Origin: Candidatus Heimdallarchaeota archaeon
GTDB lineage: Archaea > Asgardarchaeota > Heimdallarchaeia > Hodarchaeales > Hodarchaeaceae
Reading direction: 5' to 3'
Assembly: GCA_011364965.1 (NCBI GenBank)
Contig: RDOB01000003.1
Location: 64,001-128,000, forward strand
Length of the DNA: 64,000 nt
Positions 21,442 through 30,586 of the stretch are shown here, in pieces. Within the stretch, counting starts at the first letter, position 1; every line of letters starts with the position of its first letter. Position numbers and translations under genes: made by a program. Under the pieces are notes generated by a model that was not told the DNA's origin, searched no databases, and saw only the letters and a list, made by a program, of their open reading frames with translations.

Positions 21442-22761
21442 TTATGGTGTTGCTCGGTTTATTAACCTTGGATATAGACAGGCTTCTCGGATATGATCGA
21501 GATTCAACATCGCTTGAACAAATCTCTCTAATCCTAATCCAAATCCAGAATGTGTGACTGATCCATATTTTCTTTGGTCAATATACCAATAATATGGCTC
21601 AGGACTAAGATTCTCCTCTTTCATTCTTTCAAGAAGCACCTCAAGGTTATCCTCTCTCTGTGATGATCCAATGATTTCACCCACGCCAGGAAGCAACAAA
21701 TCAGCTGCATTCATTACTTCAGGATTCGTTTCATTTACTTTCATATAGAATGGTTTCATCCCTGTAGGGAAATATGTAAGATATGTAGGTTTCCCAATTG
21801 TATCCACTAGAGTTCGTTCAGGTCCTTCAGTAATATCGTCTCCATATTCTAAAAACGCTCCATTTTCACCTTTGATTCCATATTCCTTTAGCAATTCGAT
21901 TGCTCGTTCATAGGAAACTCGTTCAAACGGTTTAGTGGGCAATTGAAGATCGGGATTTAACTGAATTCTCAATGGATGATTATAAACAGAGGTGAAGACC
22001 TGGATAATCATATCTTCCATAAAATTGAGGAGATCTTCAAAATCAAACCATGGCATTTCTGCTTCAATATGAGTATATTCTGTTAAATGCCGTCTAGTCC
22101 TACTTTTTTCAGCTCTAAATGACGGGAGAATGCAAAAGACATTTCCTAAACTCGACAGGAGGGTTTCCAAATATAATTGACTCGATTGAGTAAGGTAAGC
22201 GTCCTGTTCAAAATATTTGAACCCAAATAGTGTTGATCCACCTTCAACTTGGGTTTGAACAATGGTCGAAGGAGTCACTTCAACAAAATCCCGCTCAAAG
22301 AAGAATTTGCGGAATCCGCGGGTTGTTAAATCTCGAAAACGCATAATATCGGACGCCCGTTCTCCTCGAAGCACCAAATGACGTTTATCTAAGTATACTT
22401 GAGGTCCAGAATCAGGTCGTATTTCCTGTTCTAATTCTGGTGAGGCAATATTGAGAGCTGGTTGAATTGATTTTATCTGAATTTCCAATCCTAAATAGGG
22501 GGCTCGCTTATCTTCTTTTACTAAACCTGTGGCAATTATTGCAGTTTCGCGGGTAAGCTGTTCTGCAATCACGAACTTGGCTTTACCGATTGATGGTTTA
22601 GCAACTGCCTGAACATATCCAGAATAATCCCTAATAATGAAAAAAATTAATTTTCCTTGCCGTCGAACTCTATGAAGCCAGCCACGTATTGTAACTAGTT
22701 CGCCTGCTTTCGTAGGGAGTTCTTTTATAGCCTTATACTCCATTTTATGATACCTCACCAT
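21442..22761 (-). CDS. asnS: Asparagine--tRNA ligase
   Basis: OB-fold GWLHRVRRQG; EGGSTLF; YLTQSSQLYLE; FRAEKSRTRRHLTEY; GEIIGSSQRE; GFGLGLERF. Confidence 0.95.
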   Translation of the reverse strand: MVRYHKMEYKAIKELPTKAGELVTIRGWLHRVRRQGKLIFFIIRDYSGYVQAVAKPSIGKAKFVIAEQLTRETAIIATGLVKEDKRAPYLGLEIQIKSIQPALNIASPELEQEIRPDSGPQVYLDKRHLVLRGERASDIMRFRDLTTRGFRKFFFERDFVEVTPSTIVQTQVEGGSTLFGFKYFEQDAYLTQSSQLYLETLLSSLGNVFCILPSFRAEKSRTRRHLTEYTHIEAEMPWFDFEDLLNFMEDMIIQVFTSVYNHPLRIQLNPDLQLPTKPFERVSYERAIELLKEYGIKGENGAFLEYGDDITEGPERTLVDTIGKPTYLTYFPTGMKPFYMKVNETNPEVMNAADLLLPGVGEIIGSSQREDNLEVLLERMKEENLSPEPYYWYIDQRKYGSVTHSGFGLGLERFVQAMLNLDHIREACLYPRLINRATP

Positions 22762-22951
22762 GGTACAAACAACAGGAAGCCTTTCTTTTTCGTTTTTTTG
22801 AATGTTAGGAATTTCAAATTATAGGTCTTCTTTGAGTTATGTTCAAAGGAAGAATCTGAATTTGTATTCATCGAAATAGGTTAGGATAATAATCACTTTG
22901 CATTCCTTAATTTACCTTCAATTTGAGCTGTATTAAGAGCTCTTTGATAGG

Positions 22952-23494
22952 TTAGAAAAGTTTAGACATCTCAAACCGCACTTCGTGTCTTTCAATATCG
23001 GTATTCGTGTAGGATATCAAATTAAATCCCGATAACTCAAAACCAAATTTCAAGTAGAATTGAATTGCAGGGTAATTAGAGCTTTGACATTCTAGAATTA
23101 TTCCCCGAACATTTAAAGCTCGGGCTTTATTTTCTGCAAACTCTAGCAATTTAGTTCCAATTCCTTTTCTTTGCCATCTCTTTTCAATGTAAATATCCCA
23201 GATTCTCAGAAGATTATTCCAAGAAATTTTTCCCATTACAACAAGACCTATTTCCTTTCCGTTTTCTCCAGAAGCTAAATAGTATTCCGCGTGCTCTTTA
23301 TAAGTTTTGAACACCTTTTCTTTTTCATATTTTTCAAAAGGTTTACTAAAACTCTTTTTTTCTAGCTTAAAAATCCATCCTTCGTTTTTATCCTTTTTAA
23401 TAACCTCAACATCATAATAATAAGAGGAGCTATATGCAAATGGAATTATTTTATTATCAGGATAGTCCTCCTCGAAAATTTGATTAATTTGCAT
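22952..23494 (-). CDS. GNAT acetyltransferase (streptothricin acetyltransferase-like)
   Basis: QRKGIGTKLL, LECQSSNYPAIQFYLKFGFEL. Confidence 0.88.
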   Translation of the reverse strand: MQINQIFEEDYPDNKIIPFAYSSSYYYDVEVIKKDKNEGWIFKLEKKSFSKPFEKYEKEKVFKTYKEHAEYYLASGENGKEIGLVVMGKISWNNLLRIWDIYIEKRWQRKGIGTKLLEFAENKARALNVRGIILECQSSNYPAIQFYLKFGFELSGFNLISYTNTDIERHEVRFEMSKLF

Positions 23495-23636
23495 AACTTA
23501 AAATTGAACATTAGACTTTATTAAGCAATTTATATTCCAGAAGATAAATTAGTAATTAATTAAGATATACTCTTCTTAGCAAAAATATTATATAAATCAT
23601 ATCTCTTACAAATAAACGCAAGGGAATGAAAAAACC

Positions 23637-24179
23637 ATGGTTCATTATACAACGAAAGTTGTAATGCTGGGAGAAGGAGGTGTAGGAAAAACCTCCCTCA
23701 TTCGTCGGTACGTTGAACAAACTTTCTCGCATAACTATATAACAACAGTTGGCTCAAATTTCCTATTGAAAAAAGTACAACTGGATAAAAACACACGGAT
23801 GACTATGCAGCTTTGGGATATCTCAGGACAAGATTCATTTCGAACTATTCGTGCTCAATATTATCTACACTCCCATGGTGGGATATTGGTATTTGATTTG
23901 ACCAGAAAAAGTACATTTACAGAATTAAATAAATGGCATACCGATTTCATTAAGAAAGCAGGTAAAGTTCCTTTATTAGTTTTTGGGAATAAAATGGATT
24001 TAATAAATCAGAGGGAAACATCCTCACAGGAGGGATCTGCTATTGCAAATGAATTTGACTCGTCGTATTTCGAAACTTCTGCCCTTAATGGCACTGGAGT
24101 TGAGGATGCTTTCCATAGTCTCGCTTGGAAAATCGTGGATGACCTAAATCGGAAACGAAGAACACTTACTTATCGGTAG
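23637..24179 (+). CDS. Rab/Ras-superfamily small GTPase (eukaryotic signature protein)
   Basis: G1 GEGGVGKT, G2 TVG, G3 WDISGQ, G4 NKMD, G5 ETSA. Confidence 0.95.
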   Translation: MVHYTTKVVMLGEGGVGKTSLIRRYVEQTFSHNYITTVGSNFLLKKVQLDKNTRMTMQLWDISGQDSFRTIRAQYYLHSHGGILVFDLTRKSTFTELNKWHTDFIKKAGKVPLLVFGNKMDLINQRETSSQEGSAIANEFDSSYFETSALNGTGVEDAFHSLAWKIVDDLNRKRRTLTYR

Positions 24180-24325
24180 GATAATTATATTTAAATTCAA
24201 TCCAATTTCAATTCCAAAATTGTACATAGTATAACACTATCTATTTATAGAATATTATTAAATAATATCCTAACACATATTGCGATTATCGCGAATTCCC
24301 GTTTGAAAAAAGTAGGTAGAAAAAA

Positions 24326-24529
24326 ATGGCAGAGAACGAAGCAAGTGAACCGATATTGATTTTCACGACGAAAGTGAGTCGATGTGCCAATGGTTATCAT
24401 TTAAAAATTAGAAAGAAAGATGTTGAGCTCCTCAGTCTGGCAGGTAGCATGGTTAAAATCAAAGTTTATAGAGTTGAAGATGTTCCTGGAGAAGTATCTA
24501 AGGATCCATATGAAAATTTGATTGAATAG
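24326..24529 (+). CDS. Small AbrB-like (swapped-hairpin) protein
   Basis: KVSRCANGYHLKIRKKDVELL..GSMVKIKV; stop overlaps the next gene. Confidence 0.55.
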   Translation: MAENEASEPILIFTTKVSRCANGYHLKIRKKDVELLSLAGSMVKIKVYRVEDVPGEVSKDPYENLIE

Positions 24530-25334
24530 CATTTTATACAATTCACTTTTGAGAGTGAGTGCATTTTTACCCCAAGAAAAGCATTGGAGAATTATTCCAT
24601 TCCATTATTACTCTGCAGCGAAAAATATGGCTATAGATGAGGCGATATTCCGATTATATGACACATTCCACCTAGATACTATTCGTTTTTATGGTTGGAA
24701 ACCAAGTTCGGTGTCAATTGGAAAAAACCAACTTCTCTTAGAAGAAGTTGATCTTGAAAATCTAGCTAAACTGAGTTATCAATGTGTTAGGAGGATTTCG
24801 GGAGGAGGAGCTGTATTTCACGATGAACTGGGGGAATTAACCTATTCTATTGTAACAAGCTCGCGTTATTTAAAATCTAAAAATGTAGAGGGTAATTATT
24901 ATGAACTTGCAAACCTAGTCTTTAAACCTCTTGAAACTATAGGACTTAGTATTGATTATGATCAAATTCATTGTCCCTCCGTATTTATCGGAGGTAAGAA
25001 AATCTCAGGAAATGCTCAAGTAAGGCAGGGAGATAAAATCCTTCAACATGGTACAATCTTAATTGATATTCGTCCAGAGATCATGTATTCAGTATTACGA
25101 GTTCGTTCAGGTAGAACTCAGTCAAGTATGATTGCGTCGGTGTATCAAAATGTAACATCGATTGGTGAAAAATTAAATCAGGTTTTTACACCCAGGTCTC
25201 TAGCAGATTTTCTTATAACAAATTTGAAAACTTTAAAATTTAGGATAGCTACATTAACAGAAGAGGAATTACAGCTAGCAGTAGAGCTTCAAGAAGAAAA
25301 GTATGCAACGGACGAATGGACCTCATTAAAATGA
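24522..25334 (+). CDS. Lipoate-protein ligase A family, catalytic domain
   Basis: NMAIDEA, VRRISGGGAVFHD, GKKISGNAQ, LQHGT. Confidence 0.92.
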   Translation: MNSILYNSLLRVSAFLPQEKHWRIIPFHYYSAAKNMAIDEAIFRLYDTFHLDTIRFYGWKPSSVSIGKNQLLLEEVDLENLAKLSYQCVRRISGGGAVFHDELGELTYSIVTSSRYLKSKNVEGNYYELANLVFKPLETIGLSIDYDQIHCPSVFIGGKKISGNAQVRQGDKILQHGTILIDIRPEIMYSVLRVRSGRTQSSMIASVYQNVTSIGEKLNQVFTPRSLADFLITNLKTLKFRIATLTEEELQLAVELQEEKYATDEWTSLK

Positions 25335-25360
25335 ATTTACATAATTATTAACGTATTAGA

Positions 25361-26758
25361 TTAAAGTTTTTTCTCTAATTGATTTTTAAAATCCTCTACC
25401 AGAGTACGAGCAAACTGAATTAACTCGGTTTGAACTTCTTCTCTAGCCTGTGGATCAAATACTTCGATGTTTAGAGTATGATTGTTTGTGCCAAGATAGT
25501 AATGTAACCAAGCATTATTTTTTGAAATTAGCTTAATTCCGATATATGTATCAATAGCAGAGTAATCTTCTGGAGGATTGTTTAAGGTCTTTGTAAAAAA
25601 GTGAAGCATCTCTTCTTCTCGAAGAGTCACCTCTGCGATCCTTTGAGGAAATATTTGATGATTTCTATAGAGTTCTGTTGATTTTATGTTTTGTTTCGCT
25701 AGTTGTGCTAATACTGTCAATGCGGCCACCATTCCATCTGAACCAGGGGAAAATAGTGGATAGACGAACAATCCAGTGTCATTAAATCCATAAATTGCCC
25801 GATTTTCAAGAACTGCTCTTGCTAAACTTCCAGGTTCTCCATGTTTTGAAAAAATTATATTTTTATTAAGACCATGATAAACAGAAGGATGTACTGTAAC
25901 TCCTGCGACGACAGTTAAGTTAGGATCAGGATCATAGCGAGAATGTAAGCTAACAGAGGCAGTTTCCTCAGCAGTTCGAATACGTCCCTGACTGTCAATC
26001 ATGACAGCATGTCTTGCTTCAGCGTCAAGTGCAATTCCTAAATCAGAATGAGTCGCCACAACTGTTTCTCTTAATCTCACTAATGATTCAGGATTTGGCA
26101 AAAATGCTGGATTTCGAGGCCGGTGAGCATTTAAAGTGATTAATGAACAACCAAATTCACTTAGAAGATCAGGCATTATTAATGCGGAAGGGCCACAAGC
26201 ACAATCAATAACAACACGTAACCCTGCATTTATTAAAGGTTCTTTTGCATCTGCAAAATATCCTGCAAGTGCACTTTCATAAATCTTTATGGGGTCTGCT
26301 AAATTAATCCACCCAACTTCTTGGGACGAAACACGACGAAGTTGTTTCTGCTCAGCTATTTTAATTATTTCTTCTACCTTTGCAACGGGATACTCAATTC
26401 CATTTGAATCAAATAATTTGATTGAAACCATTCCAGCCAAATTATGGCTCCTAGTGGCCATTAATCCTGCATCAGCTCCAAATTTCCGAACAGAAAACTG
26501 TAGAACACTTGTTGGGACAGCATGCAGATCAATTAGTTCTATACCTGCTCCTAATAATCCACCAGAAAAAGAACGCTTCAGCATTCGAGAATCACGTCGA
26601 TAATCTCTTCCTGCCATTACTACAGATTTTTTGTCTAATTGTGTCCCCATTGCACCCCCAAGAAGAGCAGCGAGTTCTGGTGTTAATTCAGTGTTCGAGA
26701 ATCCCATAATCCTCCCCCATTTTTTGAATCTTTTTAAATATGACTCTTCATCACTCAT
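25361..26758 (-). CDS. Phosphomannomutase/phosphoglucomutase-like protein with degenerate metal loop
   Basis: GRDYRRDSRMLK, RSHN (phosphoserine motif), VVIDCACG; DAEARH where the family has DxDxDR. Confidence 0.8.
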   Translation of the reverse strand: MSDEESYLKRFKKWGRIMGFSNTELTPELAALLGGAMGTQLDKKSVVMAGRDYRRDSRMLKRSFSGGLLGAGIELIDLHAVPTSVLQFSVRKFGADAGLMATRSHNLAGMVSIKLFDSNGIEYPVAKVEEIIKIAEQKQLRRVSSQEVGWINLADPIKIYESALAGYFADAKEPLINAGLRVVIDCACGPSALIMPDLLSEFGCSLITLNAHRPRNPAFLPNPESLVRLRETVVATHSDLGIALDAEARHAVMIDSQGRIRTAEETASVSLHSRYDPDPNLTVVAGVTVHPSVYHGLNKNIIFSKHGEPGSLARAVLENRAIYGFNDTGLFVYPLFSPGSDGMVAALTVLAQLAKQNIKSTELYRNHQIFPQRIAEVTLREEEMLHFFTKTLNNPPEDYSAIDTYIGIKLISKNNAWLHYYLGTNNHTLNIEVFDPQAREEVQTELIQFARTLVEDFKNQLEKKL

Positions 26759-26804
26759 TAACGTTCACATTATCCTAATTTGGCTCATCATAAATCTTTC
26801 TGCA

Positions 26805-27965
26805 TCATAAACCATTAATTTTTTCCAAAATTTGATTAGTTTCTGTAATTAATTCCTTTTGAAACTTTAAATTAGGTCCGATGACGGTTCCAGTTGCTAA
26901 TATAGAATTATCGGGAATGAGAACATTATTACATATAATTGTGTCATCAATTGACACGTTTTTTCCTATTTCAACATCATTCCATATAACAGAGCCATTT
27001 ATGGATGTATTATCTCCGATGTTCACATTATCACCTATAACACTGAGACCTGATATAATAGCGGAATTACCAATAACTAAACTTTGGCCAATAGCTGCAG
27101 GAGGGTGAATCTGACTTGAAGAAGGAACTTGGGGCTTTCCTCCATTCCACCAAATACCATTCTCTTCCCAAGTAGCTTTGGGAAAATATGGAAACGACCA
27201 TCTCCGCAGTACATCCCGATTAGTGTACAAATAAGTTTGTGGATTCCCTGCATCCATCCAATAATAATCTGTTCTCGCATATCCATATATTCCATATTCT
27301 CTTGCAAGATACGGAAATACGTGTTTGCCAAAATCCATTAGATCATTTAATCTATCGAGAATTTCTAATACTCTATGTCTAAATGCATAAATACCTGTAT
27401 TAACCAGATTAGATTGAAGACGTATCGTTTCTTTTGAAGAAAAGGTCAAGGTTGCTAATCCTAATTCTTGAGGGTGCGGTTTTTCAAGAAAAAGTAGAAT
27501 TTGGGAATTTTGATTCAGAATAATTACTCCAAACGCCCGGGGATGAGGAACATCTTTTAACGTTATACTTGCTATTCCTTTCTTTTCTTGGTGGAATGAC
27601 ATGAAATCCTTTAAGGAGATATTAGTTATTATATCCGCCATCGAAACAATAAAATTATCGGTATCTATATAATTTGCAGCTTTCCTAACAGCATCTGCTG
27701 TGTCTAGTGGATCAACATGAGGTATTACAATATCAAGCTCTTTAAAATGGTCAATTTGATCGAAATACTTCCTTATTTCTTCTTCCAAATATTTTGTAAT
27801 AATAACAATTTTTCCCCTAATCCCTGCTCTCTCTAGAAGTTCCAAATTATAATCTATCATAGGTTTATTAGCAACAGGAACCAATGGCTTTGGACATTCT
27901 GTAGTTAAAGGACTCAGTCGAGAACCTACACCTCCAGCTAGTACGACTGCACTCCATTCTTCCAT
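26805..27965 (-). CDS. NDP-sugar synthase (mannose-1-phosphate guanylyltransferase-like) with hexapeptide LbH tail
   Basis: VLAGGVGSRLSPLT..PKPL, FLEKP, NTGIY, YWMDAG, IGDNVNIGDN repeats. Confidence 0.9.
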   Translation of the reverse strand: MEEWSAVVLAGGVGSRLSPLTTECPKPLVPVANKPMIDYNLELLERAGIRGKIVIITKYLEEEIRKYFDQIDHFKELDIVIPHVDPLDTADAVRKAANYIDTDNFIVSMADIITNISLKDFMSFHQEKKGIASITLKDVPHPRAFGVIILNQNSQILLFLEKPHPQELGLATLTFSSKETIRLQSNLVNTGIYAFRHRVLEILDRLNDLMDFGKHVFPYLAREYGIYGYARTDYYWMDAGNPQTYLYTNRDVLRRWSFPYFPKATWEENGIWWNGGKPQVPSSSQIHPPAAIGQSLVIGNSAIISGLSVIGDNVNIGDNTSINGSVIWNDVEIGKNVSIDDTIICNNVLIPDNSILATGTVIGPNLKFQKELITETNQILEKINGL

Positions 27966-28287
27966 AACTACCGTAACACCTTTGTTAGAATAGCCTCTAT
28001 GTAGAAATTCAGATTACTATACTTAACCATCTAGTCAATTAAGAATTTATCCCTTTAAGAAGGATTACTGCACGATCTGCAGATTGGATAAATTGAAAAA
28101 GATTAATAGTTTTAAGGCTTAATAAGAAAAAAATAATGTCTAAAGGTTATGAAAAGTCGAATAATTTGCAAGTTCTGAGTCTGTAATATACAGACAAATA
28201 TCAAAACGAAATAATTTTAATAAGAAGATCTGCATATACGATAAAGAGATTTTTTATATAAGGAAAATCAAACAAGGACGTCTAAGA

Positions 28288-29055
28288 ATGCCCGATTCAA
28301 ATCAGAATGAAGACAGTGTACCTTCTCATGACGAAGAGGATATAGAGCCAACTTCCACATCTATTACCAATGTAGAAAACGTTCAAAAACGCGACAAAGA
28401 CATTTTCGAGAAACAGATTGAAGTTTTAAAGATCGAATTTATGAATTACCAACGGAAAGCTGAGGCTGATAAGATAACTCTCGGATCACGCATTCAGATG
28501 CTTCAAGGTGAGCTAAGCGAAACAAAAAAGCTGTATCAAAGCGCTGAAGCAGCCTTGGAAAGCTACAAAAATATAATATCTACTCTAGAAGAAGAGATTG
28601 AAATCCTCAAATCAAATACTCAAAAAGCGGAGACTGAAAAAGTAGATTATCTAAGTCAAATTCGTAAGCTTCAGGATATAATTCAACAAACTGAATCAGA
28701 TATTGAGGATATTGAAGCTGGACATATCGAAATTCAGAATCAACTACGATCAGAAATCCAACGTCTCGAAGAACGTACTGGACAGATGAGTGAAGATCTA
28801 TCACGAGAAACAACGGGATCCTTAGCAAGAAATCAACACATCAGAACGATTTTAGAGGAAACAGAATTAGGAAAAATCACTCTATACATCGTCGATTATT
28901 TCGAAAATACCAAGAAAAGGACCTTAGCTCTTTCAACATTAGCATCTGAAGTCGGAATGACCCCAATTATTGTCCGATCACATATTAGAAATCTCCACGG
29001 ACTTGGGATATGTGAATTTAACGAAGTAACAAGAGAAATCCGTTTAACAAAATAA
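28288..29055 (+). CDS. Long coiled-coil protein with C-terminal winged HTH
   Basis: Heptad pattern over about residues 40-175; LSTLASEVGMTPIIVRSHIRNLHGLGI. Confidence 0.7.
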   Translation: MPDSNQNEDSVPSHDEEDIEPTSTSITNVENVQKRDKDIFEKQIEVLKIEFMNYQRKAEADKITLGSRIQMLQGELSETKKLYQSAEAALESYKNIISTLEEEIEILKSNTQKAETEKVDYLSQIRKLQDIIQQTESDIEDIEAGHIEIQNQLRSEIQRLEERTGQMSEDLSRETTGSLARNQHIRTILEETELGKITLYIVDYFENTKKRTLALSTLASEVGMTPIIVRSHIRNLHGLGICEFNEVTREIRLTK

Positions 29056-29062
29056 ATTTCAG

Positions 29063-29410
29063 TTACTTTTTCTTTTTGGAATCTAGTTGAATTGTAAATA
29101 CTCCCTCATTTCCCGCGATCATTGGAGTTTTCTGTTTCGAATTTTGAGGCAATAATTGTCCAACATTTATGTCATAAACTCCGATAGACCGCTCTCGAAC
29201 AGTAAGGAATTCCAAGTCCTCTTTTTGTGCATTCTTACGCAGACCAGACTGTGTCATGGGTTTCGTATAAGAAGAAACGATTCGAAATAAACGATGCCCG
29301 CATTGACATCCCCGAAAAACTTCCTGAGAAGTCTCGGGGCGCTTTCCACATTTTGCGCATTGATATTTAGCTAAATTTACTTCTTCATCTCCTAGATACG
29401 CCACAGGCAA
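29063..29410 (-). CDS. oapC: OapC/ArvC (DUF2072) Zn-ribbon protein
   Basis: QCAKCG..GCQCGHRLFR, GVYDINV..L, EGVFTI; third gene of the operon. Confidence 0.8.
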   Translation of the reverse strand: MPVAYLGDEEVNLAKYQCAKCGKRPETSQEVFRGCQCGHRLFRIVSSYTKPMTQSGLRKNAQKEDLEFLTVRERSIGVYDINVGQLLPQNSKQKTPMIAGNEGVFTIQLDSKKKK

Positions 29411-29419
29411 CCCTCGAAA

Positions 29420-29728
29420 CTATACTAAGGCTACGGATAGGTTATCATAGAATGGTGGCGCAATTACAGTCATTTTAACATCTTTCCGAGAGAATAATCC
29501 AGAGGAACGAAGGGGTGTGGGATTCAATATCTTATATCCAATAAAACTTCTATGATCAATTCGAGTCATAGTTTCAGAAATGAGTACGGCCTCTTCTTCA
29601 GGATTCAGACCACCTTCAAAAACTACAATACGCTCTCGTTGTAGCTTCGAGATGATCAGATCACACTTTTGAGATGGATCCATTTTTCTGGTGGTTGTTT
29701 CCGTTATAAAATCGATTTTTAATTCCAT
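29420..29728 (-). CDS. oapB: OapB/ArvB (DUF2073) protein
   Basis: KIDFI..IVVFEGGLNPEEEAVLISETMTRID..FIG..MTVIAP; ATG 29728 follows GGAGG. Confidence 0.85.
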   Translation of the reverse strand: MELKIDFITETTTRKMDPSQKCDLIISKLQRERIVVFEGGLNPEEEAVLISETMTRIDHRSFIGYKILNPTPLRSSGLFSRKDVKMTVIAPPFYDNLSVALV

Positions 29729-29739
29729 TTGAGGGCCTC

Positions 29740-30354
29740 CTACATACTCGCAATACTTAATATGCATCCATAGAGTTCGTTCATTCCTGTGCCATCTTTG
29801 GCTGAAATTGGAATTATATCAGTCTGAAAAGCTTCTCTCACCAACACAGGATCAGCGTTAGGTAAATCTGATTTATTAGCTGCAATGATTAACGGTATCT
29901 TTCGTGCTTCCAAATTTCCAAGCACAGTCCAGTTGACTTGATCAAAAGGGGCTTCTGATGAATCCACAACTACGATAGCTGCATCCATATTATCCAGTGA
30001 TTGAATCGCTTTAATAACACCTCGTGTAGCTTCTTTTGCTCGCTCAATACTTTGTTGCTTGCTTAAACCATGCGACTGAAACTCCCGATAATCAACTGTG
30101 GTTGCGATCCCTGGAGTATCAACGACTGTTAAGTCAAGACTTCCACTCTGGTCAGTAATAGTACAATGTTCCAATGCAACTACATCGCGTGTTTCATGAG
30201 GTATGGGACTCACAACACCTAAAGGAGTACCATTCCCACATTCAGAGGAGATCCGGTTTGCTAAGGTGGTTTTCCCAGCATTTGGGGCTCCAACAATTCC
30301 TATTGTCAAAGATGTCTTACGACTTCGCGCAAAAATTCTTGCTAAAATACCCAA
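29740..30354 (-). CDS. oapA: OapA, archaeal Era-like GTPase
   Basis: GAPNAGKTTLANRI, IPHETR, DTPGIATTVD, AKEATRGVI, ANKSD, PISA; start moved to TTG 30354 after GGAGG. Confidence 0.88.
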   Translation of the reverse strand: MGILARIFARSRKTSLTIGIVGAPNAGKTTLANRISSECGNGTPLGVVSPIPHETRDVVALEHCTITDQSGSLDLTVVDTPGIATTVDYREFQSHGLSKQQSIERAKEATRGVIKAIQSLDNMDAAIVVVDSSEAPFDQVNWTVLGNLEARKIPLIIAANKSDLPNADPVLVREAFQTDIIPISAKDGTGMNELYGCILSIASM

Positions 30355-30586
30355 TCTATTTAGCCTCCAGTTACTTGTACTAAAGGTACATTTCGTAATT
30401 AACATAATTATAACTGCTGTTCTTGATATGAGATGATAGTATCGAGATATTATCAGGAGATTATGATAATACACTGGAATACGCAACATATATCCAATGA
30501 AAAAAGGAACAATCATCAAGATTCTCTTTGAAGTTGCCTCACAGGATAAAAATCCTGTTGGAATAAATTAATGAAATAAAATGTGT

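Noticed and set aside
30355-30519. 55-aa N-terminal extension of the OapA ORF
   Set aside because: GGAGG plus TTG at 30354 gives the family-typical N-terminus, so the extension is intergenic sequence
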